A stretch of DNA of 56,304 nt from Octopus sinensis (lineage: Eukaryota): positions 1-56,304 of the forward strand of contig NW_021833793.1 of assembly GCF_006345805.1 (NCBI RefSeq), read 5' to 3'. Of the stretch, positions 1 to 13,131 are shown piece by piece; position 1 is the stretch's first letter; the number at the start of each line of letters is the position of its first letter. Position numbers and translations under genes: made by a program. The notes below the pieces were generated by a model. It saw only the letters and a list, made by a program, of their open reading frames with translations, was not told the DNA's origin and searched no databases.

Positions 1-889
1 CACAGATACACACACACACACACACACACACCAACACATGTTCGTGTACACAGATATACACACACACACACACACACAAACACATGTTCGTGTACACAGA
101 TATACACATACACACACACACACACACATGTTCTTGTACACAGATATACACACACACACACAACACAACACAAACACATTCTTGTACACAGATATACACA
201 AACACACACACACAAACACATGTTCTTGTACACAGATATACACCACACACACACAACACACACACACACACATGTTCTTGTACACAGATATACACATACA
301 CACACACACACACAAACACATGTTCTTGTACACAGATACACACACACACACACACACACACACATGTTCTTGTACACAGATATACACAAACACACACACA
401 CACACAAACATGTTCTTGTACACAGATATACCACACACACACACACACCACAAACACATGTTCTTGTACACAGATATACACACACACACACACACACACA
501 AACACATGTTCGTGTACACAGATACACACACATACACACACACACACACAAACATGTTCTTGTACACAGATACACACACACACACACACACACATGTTCG
601 TGTACACAGATATACACACACACACACACACACACAAACACATGTTCTTGTACACAGATATACACACACACACACACACACACAAACACATGTTCGTGTA
701 CACAGATATACACATACACACACACACACTCAAACACATGTTCGTGTACACAGATATACACACACACACACACACACACAAACACATGTTCGTGTACACA
801 GATATACACATACACACACACACACAAACACATGTTCGTGTACACAGATATACACACACACACACAAACACATGTTCGTGTACACAGAT

Positions 890-922
<33 letters not shown>

Positions 923-1150
923 TGTTCGTGTACACAGATATACACAAACACACACACACACACAAACACATGTTCTTGTACACAGATATACACATACACA
1001 CACACACACACAAACACATGTTCTTGTACACAGATATACACATACACACACACACACACAAACACATGTTCTTGTACACAGATATACACATACACACACA
1101 CACACACAAACACATGTTCTTGTACACAGATATACACATACACACACACA
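1..1150. repeat. Minisatellite: core CATGTTC(T/G)TGTACACAGATA(TA) separated by variable (CA)n, period ~35-40 bp; runs off window start
   Basis: Core motif visibly repeated ~30 times; the His/Thr-rich ORFs derive from it. Confidence 0.97.
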
Positions 1151-1394
1151 TTAGTCACAGGTTCACTCAGCTCCACATTACTCAAAGTTTCATATGTGCT
1201 GGTCTTGCCTCCATCTTTAGTTGTATGAAGGCAAAATGAAGAGAATTCAAATATTCGAACCTCCATCCACCGGTTCAAGTCATATACAATAACCCCTTGA
1301 CTATCACGGGTGTTACATTCCAAAACCCTCCACAATCGGTGAACATCCGGGAAGTAGAAACCGTGCTGTACTCTATATATTTTTTTATTTTAAT

Positions 1395-2137
1395 ATGGAC
1401 ATAAGAAGCATCAGATGTGGTGTGCAAGAGCGACGCTTGCGATGGTATGGTCATGTACTGCAGATGGATGAGGAGAGATGTGTGAAGAAGTGCTAGGGGA
1501 AGAGGTAGGCCCAGGAAGACATGGGATGAGGTAGTCAAGCATGACCTCAGAGCGTTAGGCCTCACTGAGTCAATGGCGAAGGACCGAGATCTCTGGAGAT
1601 GTGCTGTGACTGCAAAGACCCGGGCTGCTTCCTGCACCAGTTCCGCATAGCCCCAGCCCATTCAAAGTACCTTGGATTCCAAAACATCCCGCTGTGCTTG
1701 AGGAGACCTGTTGAGTCAAGTGCATGTACATGAACATCGAAACAAATATCAATGGAAATAGTAGTTGTGATACCTGTGCCGGTGGCACATAAAAAGCACC
1801 ATCCGAACGTGGCCGTTGCCAGCGCTGCCTCGACTGGCTTCTGTGCCGGTGGCACATAAAAAACACCATCCGAACGTGGCCGATACCAGCGCTGCCTTGG
1901 CTGGCACGTTAAAAGCACCAACCGATCGTGGCCGATGCCAGACTCCCCTGGCACCTGTGCCGGTGGCACGTAAAAAGCACCCACTACACTCGCGGAGTGG
2001 TTGGCGTTTGGAAGGGCATCAAGCTGTAGAAACACTGCCAGATCAGACTGGAGCCTGGTGCAGCCCCTGGCTTCCCAGACCCCGGTCTAACCATTCAACC
2101 CGTGCTAGCGCGGAAAACGGATGTTAAACGATGATGA
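1395..2137 (+). mobile_element. 5'-truncated RTE-clade LINE: C-terminal ORF remnant plus 3' UTR with internal tandem repeats and (GAT)n tail
   Basis: Manual translation gives QERRLRWYGHVLQMDEERCVKKC, then after a frameshift RGRGRPRKTWDEVVKHDLRALGLTESMAKDRDLWR (RTE C-terminal WxGHVxR and RGRPRKxW motifs); ends GTTAAACGATGATGA. Confidence 0.85.
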
Positions 2138-2935
2138 ATTTGTATATATTTTATTATAAAGGTAAAACAACACCACAGAGGGGAATACATACATAAAGCA
2201 AAACATACAAATCTGCACATATATATATATACATAGAAAAATTTGGGATACCTGTAATCAGTGGGGCCCTGGAATATGGAACTCACTGTCTAGGTACCAA
2301 TCTTGAGAAATTAGACTTCTCAAAACTGGAAAAGAGAAAGCTAATTCGAAGACTACAGATCCAACCCATCACTGGAACTGTAAAAATCTGTAAAACTTTG
2401 CAGAAGTTTATCATTTAAATGTATATGAGCGTGTGTAGATATGCATCTATATGCATGAGAATACATACATAATGCAAAACATACAAATCTGCACACATAT
2501 ATATATATTATTATTATATGTAGAAAAATACAAACTGGGACAAGAACATAAAAACACGGACGGGACATTCGAAGCCTTCAATCTTCAGTCAAGAACCGGA
2601 TCATCGTAGCAATTTCGGCTGATTAATCTTGAGATCACTCCGATCCGGCCAGCCCCAAGGAAAAACTAAGCTACGAGCATTAGATTTCTTGGAAGAAGGA
2701 TCGAATGTATACGAAACAGGGACAGAAAAACGGACGATGCCACACAAATATAAAATATGAAAAACAATAATGAAATACAAAAAAACAAAAATGAAGTACA
2801 AGAAACAATAATTGTAAAAACAGGACGAAAACAGCAGGTGTCTTACAACTAATAACAGTACAACAAGTTTAGCTGGCGTATTTTGGAAAAAATGCCATTT
2901 CGGCAGACAAAGACAACGATGTTCTCACAAATCTG

Positions 2936-2969
<34 letters not shown>

Positions 2970-3353
2970 CATAGGAAAATATGGTAGTCGGAACTCTCCT
3001 CTTACAACAAAACAATATCCCACAATGCATTTTCAGTACCAGTGCTGATCCCAACATTTGGGATACTTGATTGGTCTGTAAAGGAAATTCACTCCATAGA
3101 TATCAAAACCCACAAAATCCTGACAACATCTGGGAACTTCCACAGAAACAGTGATGTTGACAGGCTCTACCTCAGAAGAAATGAAGGTGGTAGAGGCCTG
3201 AGATCAGTGCAGACGGCCTTCGAATGCTGTTTTGTATCACTCAGGCAACACCTGCTAAACAACAGCAGCAAAAGTAAATATATGAATGCAGTGCTGGAAA
3301 GTGAAGTGAGCAATGTTGTATGGAGTTGGCAGTGAGCTTCTCATGAAGCACTC

Positions 3354-4241
3354 ATGGTATGAGAGAGTAGAAGGAGTTATGCAGTAGTGCCAAAGGAACA
3401 GAGGGATGAAATTATGGCGAAGTGTGTAAATGAAGGTGTGAAAGTGATTAAGGTAACATTTACGGATGAGACGGTGAAAGAGTATGAAAGGAAAGCTGAG
3501 AGAACGATAGGAAAAAATGGGCTTTTGATTGGAGATGATAAATGATGATGGGTTTTGAAGGACAGGTAAGTGGTGCTGGCGGATGGGGCCGTTAGCATCA
3601 CTTTCATACTCTTTTACTCTTTTACTTGTTTTCAGTCATTTGACTGCGGCCATGCTGGAGCACCGCCTTTAATCGTGCAAATCAACCCCGGGACTTATTC
3701 TTTTGTAAGCCTAGTACTTATTCTATCGGTCTCTTTTGTCGAACCGCTAAGTAACGGCGACATAAACACACCAGCATCGGCTGTCAAGCAATGCTAGGGG
3801 GACAAACACAGACACACAAATACACACACGCATATATATATATATACATATATACGACGGGCTTCTTTCAGTTTCCGTCTACCAAATCCACTCACAAGGC
3901 TTTGGTCGACCCGAGGCTATAGCAGAAGACGCTTGCCCAAGATGCCACGCAGTGGGACTGAACCCGGAACCATGTGGTTGGTAAACAAGCTACTTACCAC
4001 ACAGCCACTCCTGCGCCTATATACATATATATATACATATATACAACGGGCTTCTTTTAGTTTCCGTCTACCAAATCCACTCACAAGGCTTTGGTCGGCC
4101 CGAGGCTATAGTAAAAGACACTTGCCCAAGGTGCCACGCATATTATCATTTTCAAAATTTCATTTTACATACTTTTATTTTTATAATGTTCTATGTCCCC
4201 AATGTCTTGTAGTGTCGCCCCTAGTGGGTAATAAAGAAATA
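3354..4241 (+). mobile_element. 5'-truncated non-LTR retroposon (L1/Tx1-like 3' end) flanked by a 16-bp target-site duplication
   Basis: TTCTCATGAAGCACTC at 3338-3353 and 4242-4257; insert ends CCCCTAGTGGGTAATAAAGAAATA; clade assignment is inference. Confidence 0.75.
3607..4018 (-). mobile_element. tRNA-derived SINE, family A, full length; partial duplicate at 4045-4140
   Basis: Minus strand starts GGCGCAGGAGTGGCTGTGTGG (A box), has GGTTCAGTCCC (B box), an internal (TA/TG)n and an (AGTAAAAG)n tail; many copies in window. Confidence 0.9.
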
Positions 4242-4290
4242 TTCTCATGAAGCACTCTCTTCCTGATGGTCTCCTATACAGCCCCAAAGC

Positions 4291-4491
4291 TGTGCCGTAT
4301 GAATATGTCCCTCGTTTAAGAAACAACTGGGTTTATTTACATTTGTGAAGAAAAAAATATACCCTTCCCCCACCCCTAACCCTAGTCCTAAAATAGATTG
4401 AAATGCAATAGATCGATACTAGGGTCATAATTATGGGTGACAATTTCATATGACACCACTAGAAAAAACTGCCGTTCAACCGAAAAGATCC
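4291..4491 (-). mobile_element. Half copy of the GGATCTTTTC-TIR MITE
   Basis: Reverse complement of the first ~200 bp of the element at 7898-8315, including the TIR. Confidence 0.85.
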
Positions 4492-4839
4492 TAATGGTTA
4501 TAAACCCAAACTCGGCACAGAGAAAACTTGGATGGAAAGCGCTCAGTATACAGAAAAAAAGTCTCTGTATGGTTATGTTGCGTGGAAGCTTGAAGAAGAC
4601 AGTAGAATTGACACGAAGCATAGCCTCTCTTGGATACAAGACCACTACATCACACTTTGAAGGCTGTGGGTTTGCAATCTGAATTGTAACAAAACATGTT
4701 ACATTCGGTGACCCGACTTCTCATTTCAACTTGCTACACTTAGCAACCCCGACGTGGGACAACAAACCTGTGTCTACGTTTAGCAACGCATCATTTCGTT
4801 ACATTTGGTAACATACAGTCCTTCGTTACATGTACGTAT

Positions 4840-5573
4840 GTGTGTGTGTGTGTGTCTATGTTTGATTCCCGCTCTCCACTGCATGGCAACCGGTGTTGGT
4901 ACATTTATGTTCCCGTCACTTAGCAGTTTGGCAGAAAACGCCGATAGAAAAAATAATGATAATAATAATGATGATATGATGATAATAATAATGATAATAA
5001 TAATAGTGATAATAATAATAAAAATAATAATAATAATAACAGTAATAATAACAAACATAATAATAATGATTATAATAATTATAATAATAATATGATAATT
5101 ATAATAATAATTATATAATAAAAATAATAATAATAATAACAGTAATAATAACAAACATAATAATAATGATTATAATAATTATAATAATAATAATGATAAT
5201 TATAATAATAATGATAATTATAATAATAATTATAATAATAATAATTATTATAATAATAATAGTAATGATAATTATAATAATATAATGATAATATATAATA
5301 ATAATAATAATGATAATAATGATAATAATGATAATAATAATAATAATAATTATAATAATATATAATTATTATAATATAATAGTAATGATAATTATAATAA
5401 TAATAATGATAATTATAATAATAATAATAATAATGATAATAATAATGATAATGATAATTATAATAATAATAATTATAATAATAATAAAAATAATAATAAT
5501 ATTAATAATAATAATAATAATAATAATAATGATAATTATAATAATAATTATAATAATAATAATAATAATAATG

Positions 5574-5604
<31 letters not shown>

Positions 5605-5785
5605 TAATAATGATAATAATAATAATAATAATAATTATAATAATAATAAAAATAATATAATAATAATAATCATAATAATAATGATAATAATAATAATAAT
5701 AATAATAAAATAAGTAATGAGGTCGATTCTTCAAGCGGTGCCCCAGAGGGGCCACAGAATGACGACTGAAGCTAAAAAAGATAAG
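4840..5785 (+). mobile_element. Diverged 3' half of SINE family A, interrupted by an (AAT)n expansion
   Basis: SINE body to ...CCGATAGAA at ~4950; resumes AATAAGT...GCGGTGCCCCAG...GACTGAAGC at ~5710-5785. Confidence 0.7.
4951..5712. repeat. Imperfect (AAT)n/(GAT)n microsatellite, ~760 bp
   Basis: Direct inspection; poly-Ile ORFs are artefacts. Confidence 0.97.
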
Positions 5786-5821
5786 GTAAAAGATGTGTGT
5801 GTGTTTGTCGTCCATCAATCT

Positions 5822-6017
5822 GGGGCAATGGTGGCGAAATGCGTGGACGTATTTCGTCGGCCGTTACTTTCTGAGTTCAAATTCCGCCGAGGTGGACTTT
5901 GTTTTTCATCCTTTTAGGGTCAATAAATTAAGTACCAGTAACGTACTGAGGTCAATCAAATCGACTGCCCCACACCTTACCCCAAAATTTCGGGCCTTGT
6001 GCTTAGAGTAGAAAATA
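5822..6017 (+). mobile_element. Diverged tRNA-derived SINE, family B (Meta-like central domain)
   Basis: B box GAGTTCAAATTCC followed by GACTTTG..TTTCATCCTTT..GGGTC.ATAAATTAAGTACCAG, matching the copy at 49689. Confidence 0.75.
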
Positions 6018-6089
6018 TTATGTGTGTGTATGTGTGCGTCAGCACTCCACGTCTGTGTCTGTGTGTCCGTCCCGTTGATTTGATCAACA

Positions 6090-6635
6090 GACAGAGCGCA
6101 GTAGATGCTATGTAGACGGAACGAACACACGAACACAGACAGACGCGGTCGATGCAATGTTGACGGAACGAACACACGAACACAGACAGAGCGAGGTGAT
6201 GCAATGTTGACGGAACGAACACACAAACACAGACAGAGCGAGGTTGATGCAATGTTGACGGAATGAACACGCGAACACAGACAGAGCGAGGTCGATGCAA
6301 TGTGACGGAACGAACACAGACAGAGCGAGGTATATGCAATGTTGACGGAACGAACACCACGAACACAGACAGAGCGAGGTATATGCAATGTTGACGGACG
6401 AACACACGAACACAGACAGAGCGAGGTTGATGCAATGTTGACGGAACGAACACAGGCAGAGCGAGGTTGATGCAATGTTGACGGAACGAACACAGGCAGA
6501 GCGAGGTTGATGCAATGTTGACGGAACGAACACACGAACACAGACAGAGAGCAGTTGATGCTATGTAGACGGAACGAACACAGGCAGAGCGAGGTTGATG
6601 CAATGTTGACGTAACGAAGACACGAACACAGACAG
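6090..6635 (-). repeat. 40-48-bp minisatellite (~12 units), homologous to the large satellite but inverted
   Basis: Reverse complement GTGTGTTCGTTCCGTCAACATTGCATCAACCTCGCTCTGTCTGTG vs satellite GTGTGTTCGTTCCGTAGACATAGCATCAACCACGCTCTGTG. Confidence 0.9.
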
Positions 6636-7344
6636 AGGGGGAGGAGACATTGGAGGAGGGGATCTTGTGTCGGATGATGAAAGGTTAGAGTGAGATAGAA
6701 AGACAGAAACAGGTGTCTTGCTGTAGGAGAGGTACAAGGTTACTCAGCCAGATAGAGTGAAGGTGAGAGAGAGGGTAAAGAGGGAGGGAGGGGTGTGAGT
6801 AAGAGGAGGAGAGGGTGGGAGAGATGGAGTGAGGAGGAGAGCGGAGGGTGGAAGTAAGAGGGAGAGCGGGTAGGAAAGTGAATGAGAGGTATAGAGTGAG
6901 AGAGCAGAGGCAGAGAGAGGAAGAGGGAGGAAGAGAGGAGACGAGACAGAGAGGGAGAGAGGGTGAGAAAGAAGAGAGACGGAGAGAGAGGGGAGACGGA
7001 GAGAGAGAGTGAGGGAGAAAAGAGCGGAGGGAGGGAGAGGGCGAGGGACAGAGGGAGAAATAGGGAGGGAGGGAGGGAGGGAGGGGAGTAAGAGGAGGAG
7101 AGGGTGGGAGGGATGGAGGAGAAGAGACAGAGAGGATGAGCGAGAGGAGAGATGGAGAGAAAGGGGGACGGAGAGAGAGTGAGGGAGAAAAGAGCGGAGA
7201 GAGGGAGAGGAGAGAGGAGAGAGGGCGAGAATCAGAGGGAGAGTGGTGGAAAGACTGAGGGAGACAGAGAAGGAAAGATGGAGAGTTGAAGAGAGAGAGA
7301 GGAAGAGAGAGAGAGGAGAGAGAGGAGGAGAGAGAGAGAGAGGA

Positions 7345-7379
<35 letters not shown>

Positions 7380-7897
7380 GAGAGAGGAAGAGAGAGAGAG
7401 AGAGAGGAAGAGAGAGCAGACGAGCGATGATGAAGTGTCGGTGGGGGAGGGCAGAAAATGGAAAGGGTGATAGAGTAAAGGAAGAGAGAGAGAGAGAGAG
7501 TGAGAGAGAAATGGCAGCAAGTGACAGGTGAATAGCGCCGTGGTAGAGGGAGGCTACGATATAAGTGGCAGGACGTTGCCAAGGAAACGCGAGTAGGTAG
7601 CGGGAGGCAGAGACTAGTGTGTACATGGGTATATAGAGGGAGGGAGGTGGGGATAGGAATGATAGAGAGGCAGAACAGGGAGGACAGCATTCGTCACTCA
7701 GCTCATAACGGACTTGCTAACTGGACTGGTCAAAGGGAGAATACTCGAGCTTGCCAACCCACAAGGTTTATTGTTTGTTTACTAATTACCTGCCCCTAAT
7801 GGATTTCTACCGTCAGCTTCAAGAAGTATATGCCCCCCCCCCTCGTCATTAAGGGTGCTGAGTTGTTCAAAGGGTTAAGTGTCTTATATATGCGAAT

Positions 7898-8315
7898 GGA
7901 TCTTTTCGGTTTGACCGGCAGTTTTTCTAGCGGTGTCATATGAAATTGTCACCCATAATTATGACCCTAGAATCGATCTATTGCATTTCAATCTATTTTA
8001 GTTTTAGGGTTAAGGGTGTGGGGAAGGGTATCTTCTTTTCTTCACAAATGTAAATAAACCCAATCTGTTTCTTAAACGAGGGACATATTCATATGGCACA
8101 GAATGTTTTTCACCTCAATAGACGACATTAATTGGTTGAAATTGCAGAAATTGAAGAAAACAAAACAACAAATATCTTAGAAACCATAGAATTTTCTCAA
8201 TAAAGCCAAGAGAAAAAGATGTTTTATAAACACATTCTACCAGTATACGAAGTTTAAAAGTGTTTAGTTACGTGGAAATTTTGTTAAAAAACTGCCGAGC
8301 AAAACGAAAAGATCC
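7898..8315 (+). mobile_element. MITE (~418 bp) with ~28-bp TIRs GGATCTTTTCGGTTTGA.CGGCAGTTTTT
   Basis: Ends AAAAACTGCCGAGCAAAACGAAAAGATCC, complementary to the start; no clear TSD. Confidence 0.85.
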
Positions 8316-8565
8316 CACTCTATGACTGGACATATACTTAACTGCATATCAATATATGTCCTCTCTCTCCCTCCCTCTTCCTCTCTCTGCCTCTGCCCTC
8401 TCACTCTATCCCTCTCATTCACTTTCCTACCCTCTCTCCCTCTCTCTCTCCCACCCTCTCTCACTCTTACTTCCGCCCTGCCCCTTCCACCTTTCTCCTT
8501 CCCTCCCAGCATCTCCCTCTCTTATTCCCCTCCCTCCCACTTTCTCCCTCTTTCCCCTCTCTCCC

Positions 8566-8888
8566 ACCTTATTCTTTGTAAGCCTAGTACTTATTCTATT
8601 GGTCTCATTTGCCGAACCGCTAATTTACGGGGACGTAAACACACTAGCATCGGTTGTCAAGCGATGTTGGGGGTCAAACACAGACACACAAACACACACA
8701 CATACACAAATACATATATATACATATATTCGACGGGCTTCTTTCATTTTCCGTCTAACAAATCCACTCACAAGGCTTCGGTCGGCCCGGGGCTATAGCA
8801 GAAGACACTTGCCCAAGGTGCCACGTAGTGGGACTGAACCCTGAACCATGTGGTCGGTAAGCAAGCTACTTACCACACAGCCACTCCT
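8566..8888 (-). mobile_element. SINE family A, 3'-truncated
   Basis: Similar to 3607-4018 including A/B boxes. Confidence 0.85.
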
Positions 8889-10467
8889 ACCTTCATCTTT
8901 ATTACAGTTGTTGGGCCGTGGTTATGCTGAAGCAACACCTCGAACAAATTCAGTCGATTTATTCGACTGAAAACCAGCAGGAAAACGTTCAGCGACGTGC
9001 ACCCGAGAGAATACCCTCCATAGGCATTTGCCATATTCTGGACGCCTTAACGTGAATCCTCGAGTATATTCCGCCCTTGAGTATAATACGCAGGGATTTT
9101 TAAGGGGGCTGTACCTCTGTAAAACCTAAACTTTGTGTATAATACGCACCCTTTTTCTAACATGAGTCAAGGAGTCTATATAACGTCCTTGGTTTGTAAA
9201 CATTTATACAGTAACGTCCTTATTATTATTGTATACATAACATAATGCAAACGTGTAGCTTTTTGTGCATTTTGTCATCCAGTGCAGACGACATACAACA
9301 TTTGATGCAGACGACATACAACATTTGATAAAACTTTCCTAACGCCAACCACTCAGCAGAATGGACTGAGTGGTTTTTATGTGGCACCAGCACCGGCAGG
9401 GTCACCAAACAACTTGGAAGACAAGGAACTCTGAGAGGGGGAGGGGACATTGGAGAAGGGCATCTTGTGTCGGATGATGAAAGGTTAGAGTGAGATAGAA
9501 AGACAGAAACAGGTGTCTGTCTTGCCGTAGGGGAGGTGAAAGGTTACTCAGCCACATAGAGTGGAGGTGAGAGAGAGGGGAAAGAGGAAGACGAGGGGGA
9601 GGGAGAGGGGTGTCAGTAAGAGGAGGAGAGGGGGGGGGGGGAGATGGAGAAAGGGGGAAGGGGCAGGGCGGAAGTAAGAGTGAGATATGGTGGGAGAGAG
9701 AGAGAGGGAGAGAGGGTAGGAAAGTGAATGAGAGGGATAGAGTGAGAGGTTAGAGGCAGAGAGAGAAAGATTGAGGGAGATAGAAGTAGAGGCAGAGAGG
9801 TTGAGAGAGAGGAGAGATGGAAAGAGTGGGGGACGGAGAGAGAGTGAGGGAGAAAAAGCGGAGAGGGGGAGAGGAGAGAGGGCGAGAGACAGAGGGAGAG
9901 AGGAGGAAAGACAGAGGGAGACAGAAGGAAAGATGGAGAGGGGAGAGAGAGAGATGGAAAGAGAGGAAGAGAGAGAGTGATAGGGAGAGCAGGAGAGCGA
10001 CGATGGTAAAGCGTCCGGGGTGGGGGGGGCAGAACATAGAAAGGGTGATAGAGAAAAGGAAGAGAGAGAGAGAGAGAGAGATAAATGGCAACGATTGACA
10101 GGAGAATAGCGTCGAGGTAGAGGGAGGCTACGATATAAGTGGCAGGACATTGCCAAGGGAACGCGAGTAGGTAGCGGGAGGTAGAGATTAGTGCATGGGT
10201 ATATAGAAGGAGGGAGGGGGTATAGGAATGATAGAGAGAGCAGAGCAGGGAGGACAGCATTCGTCACTCGGCTCATAACAAATTTGCTCACGGACCGGTC
10301 AAAGGGAGAATACTCGAGTTTGCCGACCAACAAGGTTTATTATTTGTTCACTAATTACCTGCCCCTAATGGATTTCTACCGCCAGCTTCAAGTAGTATAT
10401 GCCCCCCCCCCCTCGTCATTAAGGGTGATGAGTTGTTCATAGGGTTAAGTGTCTTATATATGCGAAT

Positions 10468-10886
10468 GGATCTTTTCGGTTTGACCGGCAGTTTTTTCTA
10501 GCGGTGTCATACGAAATTGTCACCCATAATTATGACCCTAGAATCGATCTATTGCATTTCAATCTGTTTTAGGGCTAGAGTTAGGGGGAAAGGTATCTTT
10601 TTTAATTCAGAAATGTAAATAAACCCAATCTGTTTCTTAAACGAGGGACAAATTCATACGGCAAAGATTGTTTTTCTTTTACCTCAATAGACGTCAGTGA
10701 TTGGTCGATATTGCTGAAATTGAAGAAAAAAAACAACAAATATCTTACAAACTATAGAATTTTCTCAATAAAGCAAAGAGAAAAAGATGTTTTATAAACA
10801 CATTCTACCAGTATACGAAGTTTAAAAGTGTTTAGTTACATGGAAATCATTTTAGAAAAACACTGCCTTTCAAACCGAAAAGATCC
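10468..10886 (+). mobile_element. MITE copy 2
   Basis: Same TIRs and body as 7898-8315, same flanks (duplicated with the segment). Confidence 0.85.
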
Positions 10887-10942
10887 CACTCTATGAGGGG
10901 ACATATACTTAACTACATATAAATATATATATATATGTTGAT

Positions 10943-11251
10943 GTTTTGCCGATCCGCTAAGTTACGGTCACGTAAACACACCAGCATCGGTTGTCAAGCG
11001 ATGTTGGATACACACACAGACACACAAGCACTTACACACACATACATATATATATATATATATTATAATATCTATATATATATACATATATACGACGGGC
11101 TTCTTTCAGTTTCCTTCTCTACCAAATCCACTCACAAGGCTTTTGTGGGCCCGAGACTATCGTAGAAGACACTTAACCAAGGTGCCACGTAGTGGGACTG
11201 AACCCTGAACCATGTGGTCGGTAAGCAAGCTACTTACCACACAGCCACTCC
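10943..11251 (-). mobile_element. SINE family A, 3'-truncated
   Basis: Similar to 3607-4018. Confidence 0.85.
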
Positions 11252-12193
11252 TACCTTCATCCTTATTCCAGTTGTTGGGCCGTGGCTATGCTGGAGCAAC
11301 ACCTCGAACAAATTTAGTCGATTTATTCGACTGAAAACCAGCTGGAAACCGTTCAGCGAGGTGCAACCGAGAGAAAACTCTCCATAGGCATTTGTCGTAT
11401 TCTGGACGCCTTACCGTGAATCCTCGAGTATAGTGAGCCCTTGAGTATAATACGCAAGGGATCTTTAAGGGGGCTGTACCTCTGTAAAACCTAAACTTTG
11501 TGTATAATATGCACCCTTTTTCTAACTTGAGTCAAGGAGGTCTATGTAACGTCCTTGGTTTGTAAGAATGTATACGGTAATGTCCTTTATTATTATTGTA
11601 TACATAACATAATGCAAGCATGTAGCTTTTTGGTGCATTTTGTTTGCAGAAAATAAAGAAATAACTAATAATGTCAGTGAAAAATAATTATTAAGTAAAT
11701 TGCCATTACATATTTATCACTAGAGAGAGAGGGAAGATGCAGAGAGAGTGAGGGAGAAAAGAGTGGGGAGGGAGAGAGATAGAGAGAGCCGCAGAGCGAT
11801 GGTGGTGACGTGCCGGGGGAGGGCAAAACATAGAAAGGGTGATAGAGTAAAGGAAGAGAGAGAGAGAGAAATGGGAGCGACTGGCAGGAGTAGGTAGCGG
11901 GAGGCAGAGACAAGTGAGTACATGGTTATATAGAGGGAGTGAGAGGTATAGGAATGATAGAGAGAGCAGAGCAGGGAGGACAGCATTCGTCACTCAGCTC
12001 ATAACGGACTTGCTCACGGCACTGGTCAAAGGGAGAATACTCGAGCTTGCCGACCAACAAGGTTTATTATTTGCTTACTAATTACCTGCCCCTAATGGAT
12101 TTCTACCGCCGACTTCAAGTAGTATATGCCCCCCCCCCTCGTCATTAAGGGTGCTGAGTCGTTCATAGGGTTAAGTGTCTTAAATATACGAAT

Positions 12194-12609
12194 GGATCTT
12201 TTCGGTTTGACCGGCAGTTTTTTCTAGCGGTGTCATACGAAATTGTCACCCATAATTATGACCCTAGTATCGGTCTATTGCATTTCAATCTGTTTTAGGG
12301 CTAGGGTTAGGGGGGAGGGTATCTTTTTTGTTCACAAATGCAAATAAACCCAATCTGTTTCTTAAACGAGGGACATATTCATACGGCAAAGAATGTTTTT
12401 TTTTACCTCAATAGACGTCAGTGATTGGTTGATATTGCTGAAATTGAAGAAAAAAAACAACAAATATCTTACAAACTATAGAATTTTCTCAATAAAGCCA
12501 AGAAAAAAAAGATGTTTTATAAACACATTCTTCCAGTATACGAAGTTTAAAAGTGTTTAGTTACATGGAAATCATTTAAAAAAAACTGCCTTTCAAACCG
12601 AAAAGATCC
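12194..12609 (+). mobile_element. MITE copy 3
   Basis: Same TIRs and body as 7898-8315. Confidence 0.85.
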
Positions 12610-12672
12610 CACTCTATGAGGGGACATATACTTAACTACATATCAATATATATATATATATATGTTGATATG

Positions 12673-12762
12673 TTTTGCCGATCCGCTAAGTTACGGTCAC
12701 GTAAACACACCAGCATCGGTTGTCAAGCGATGTTGGATACACACACAGACACACAAGCACTT

Positions 12763-12807
<45 letters not shown>

Positions 12808-12968
12808 TACGACGGGCTTCTTTCAGTTTCCTTCTCTACCAAATCCACTCACAAGGCATTTGAGGGCCCGAGACTATCGTAGAAGACACTTGACCTAGGT
12901 GCCACGTAGTGGGACTGAACCCTGAACCATGTGGTCGGTAAGCAAGCTACTTACCACACGGCCACTCC
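12673..12968 (-). mobile_element. SINE family A, 3'-truncated
   Basis: Near-identical to 10943-11251. Confidence 0.85.
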
Positions 12969-13131
12969 TACATTCATCCTTATTCCAGTTGTTGGGCCGT
13001 GGCTATGCTGGAGCAACACCTCGAACAAATTTAGTCGATTAATTCGACTGAAAACCAGCTGGAAACCGTTCAGCGAGGTGCAACCGAGAGAATACCCTCC
13101 ATAGGCATTTGCCATATTCTAGACGCCTTAG

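Larger units (their letters stand above)
3000..4685 (+). mobile_element. R4/Dong-clade LINE remnant in three pieces (3000-3353, 4258-4290, ~4500-4685), split by later insertions
   Basis: ORF 3042-3335 has FGILDW...DIKTHKILT..GNFHRNSDVDRLYLRRNEGGRGL, typical of R4/Dong RT C-termini; the downstream piece reads KSLYGYV...IDTKHSLSW...HFEGCGFAI. Confidence 0.75.

Noticed and set aside
1-1150. Homology between the left minisatellite and the 92-bp satellite
   Set aside because: Only GTACACAGA and a CA-rich composition are shared, too little to support common origin
38-1239. His/Thr-rich 340-396-aa proteins
   Set aside because: All three frames are open only because the (CA)n minisatellite lacks stop codons
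2555-2600. Possible hammerhead (minus strand CTGAAGA...CGAAT)
   Set aside because: GAAA core is broken and no credible helix II or helix I
4780-5818. Poly-Ile membrane proteins
   Set aside because: Translation of (AAT)n
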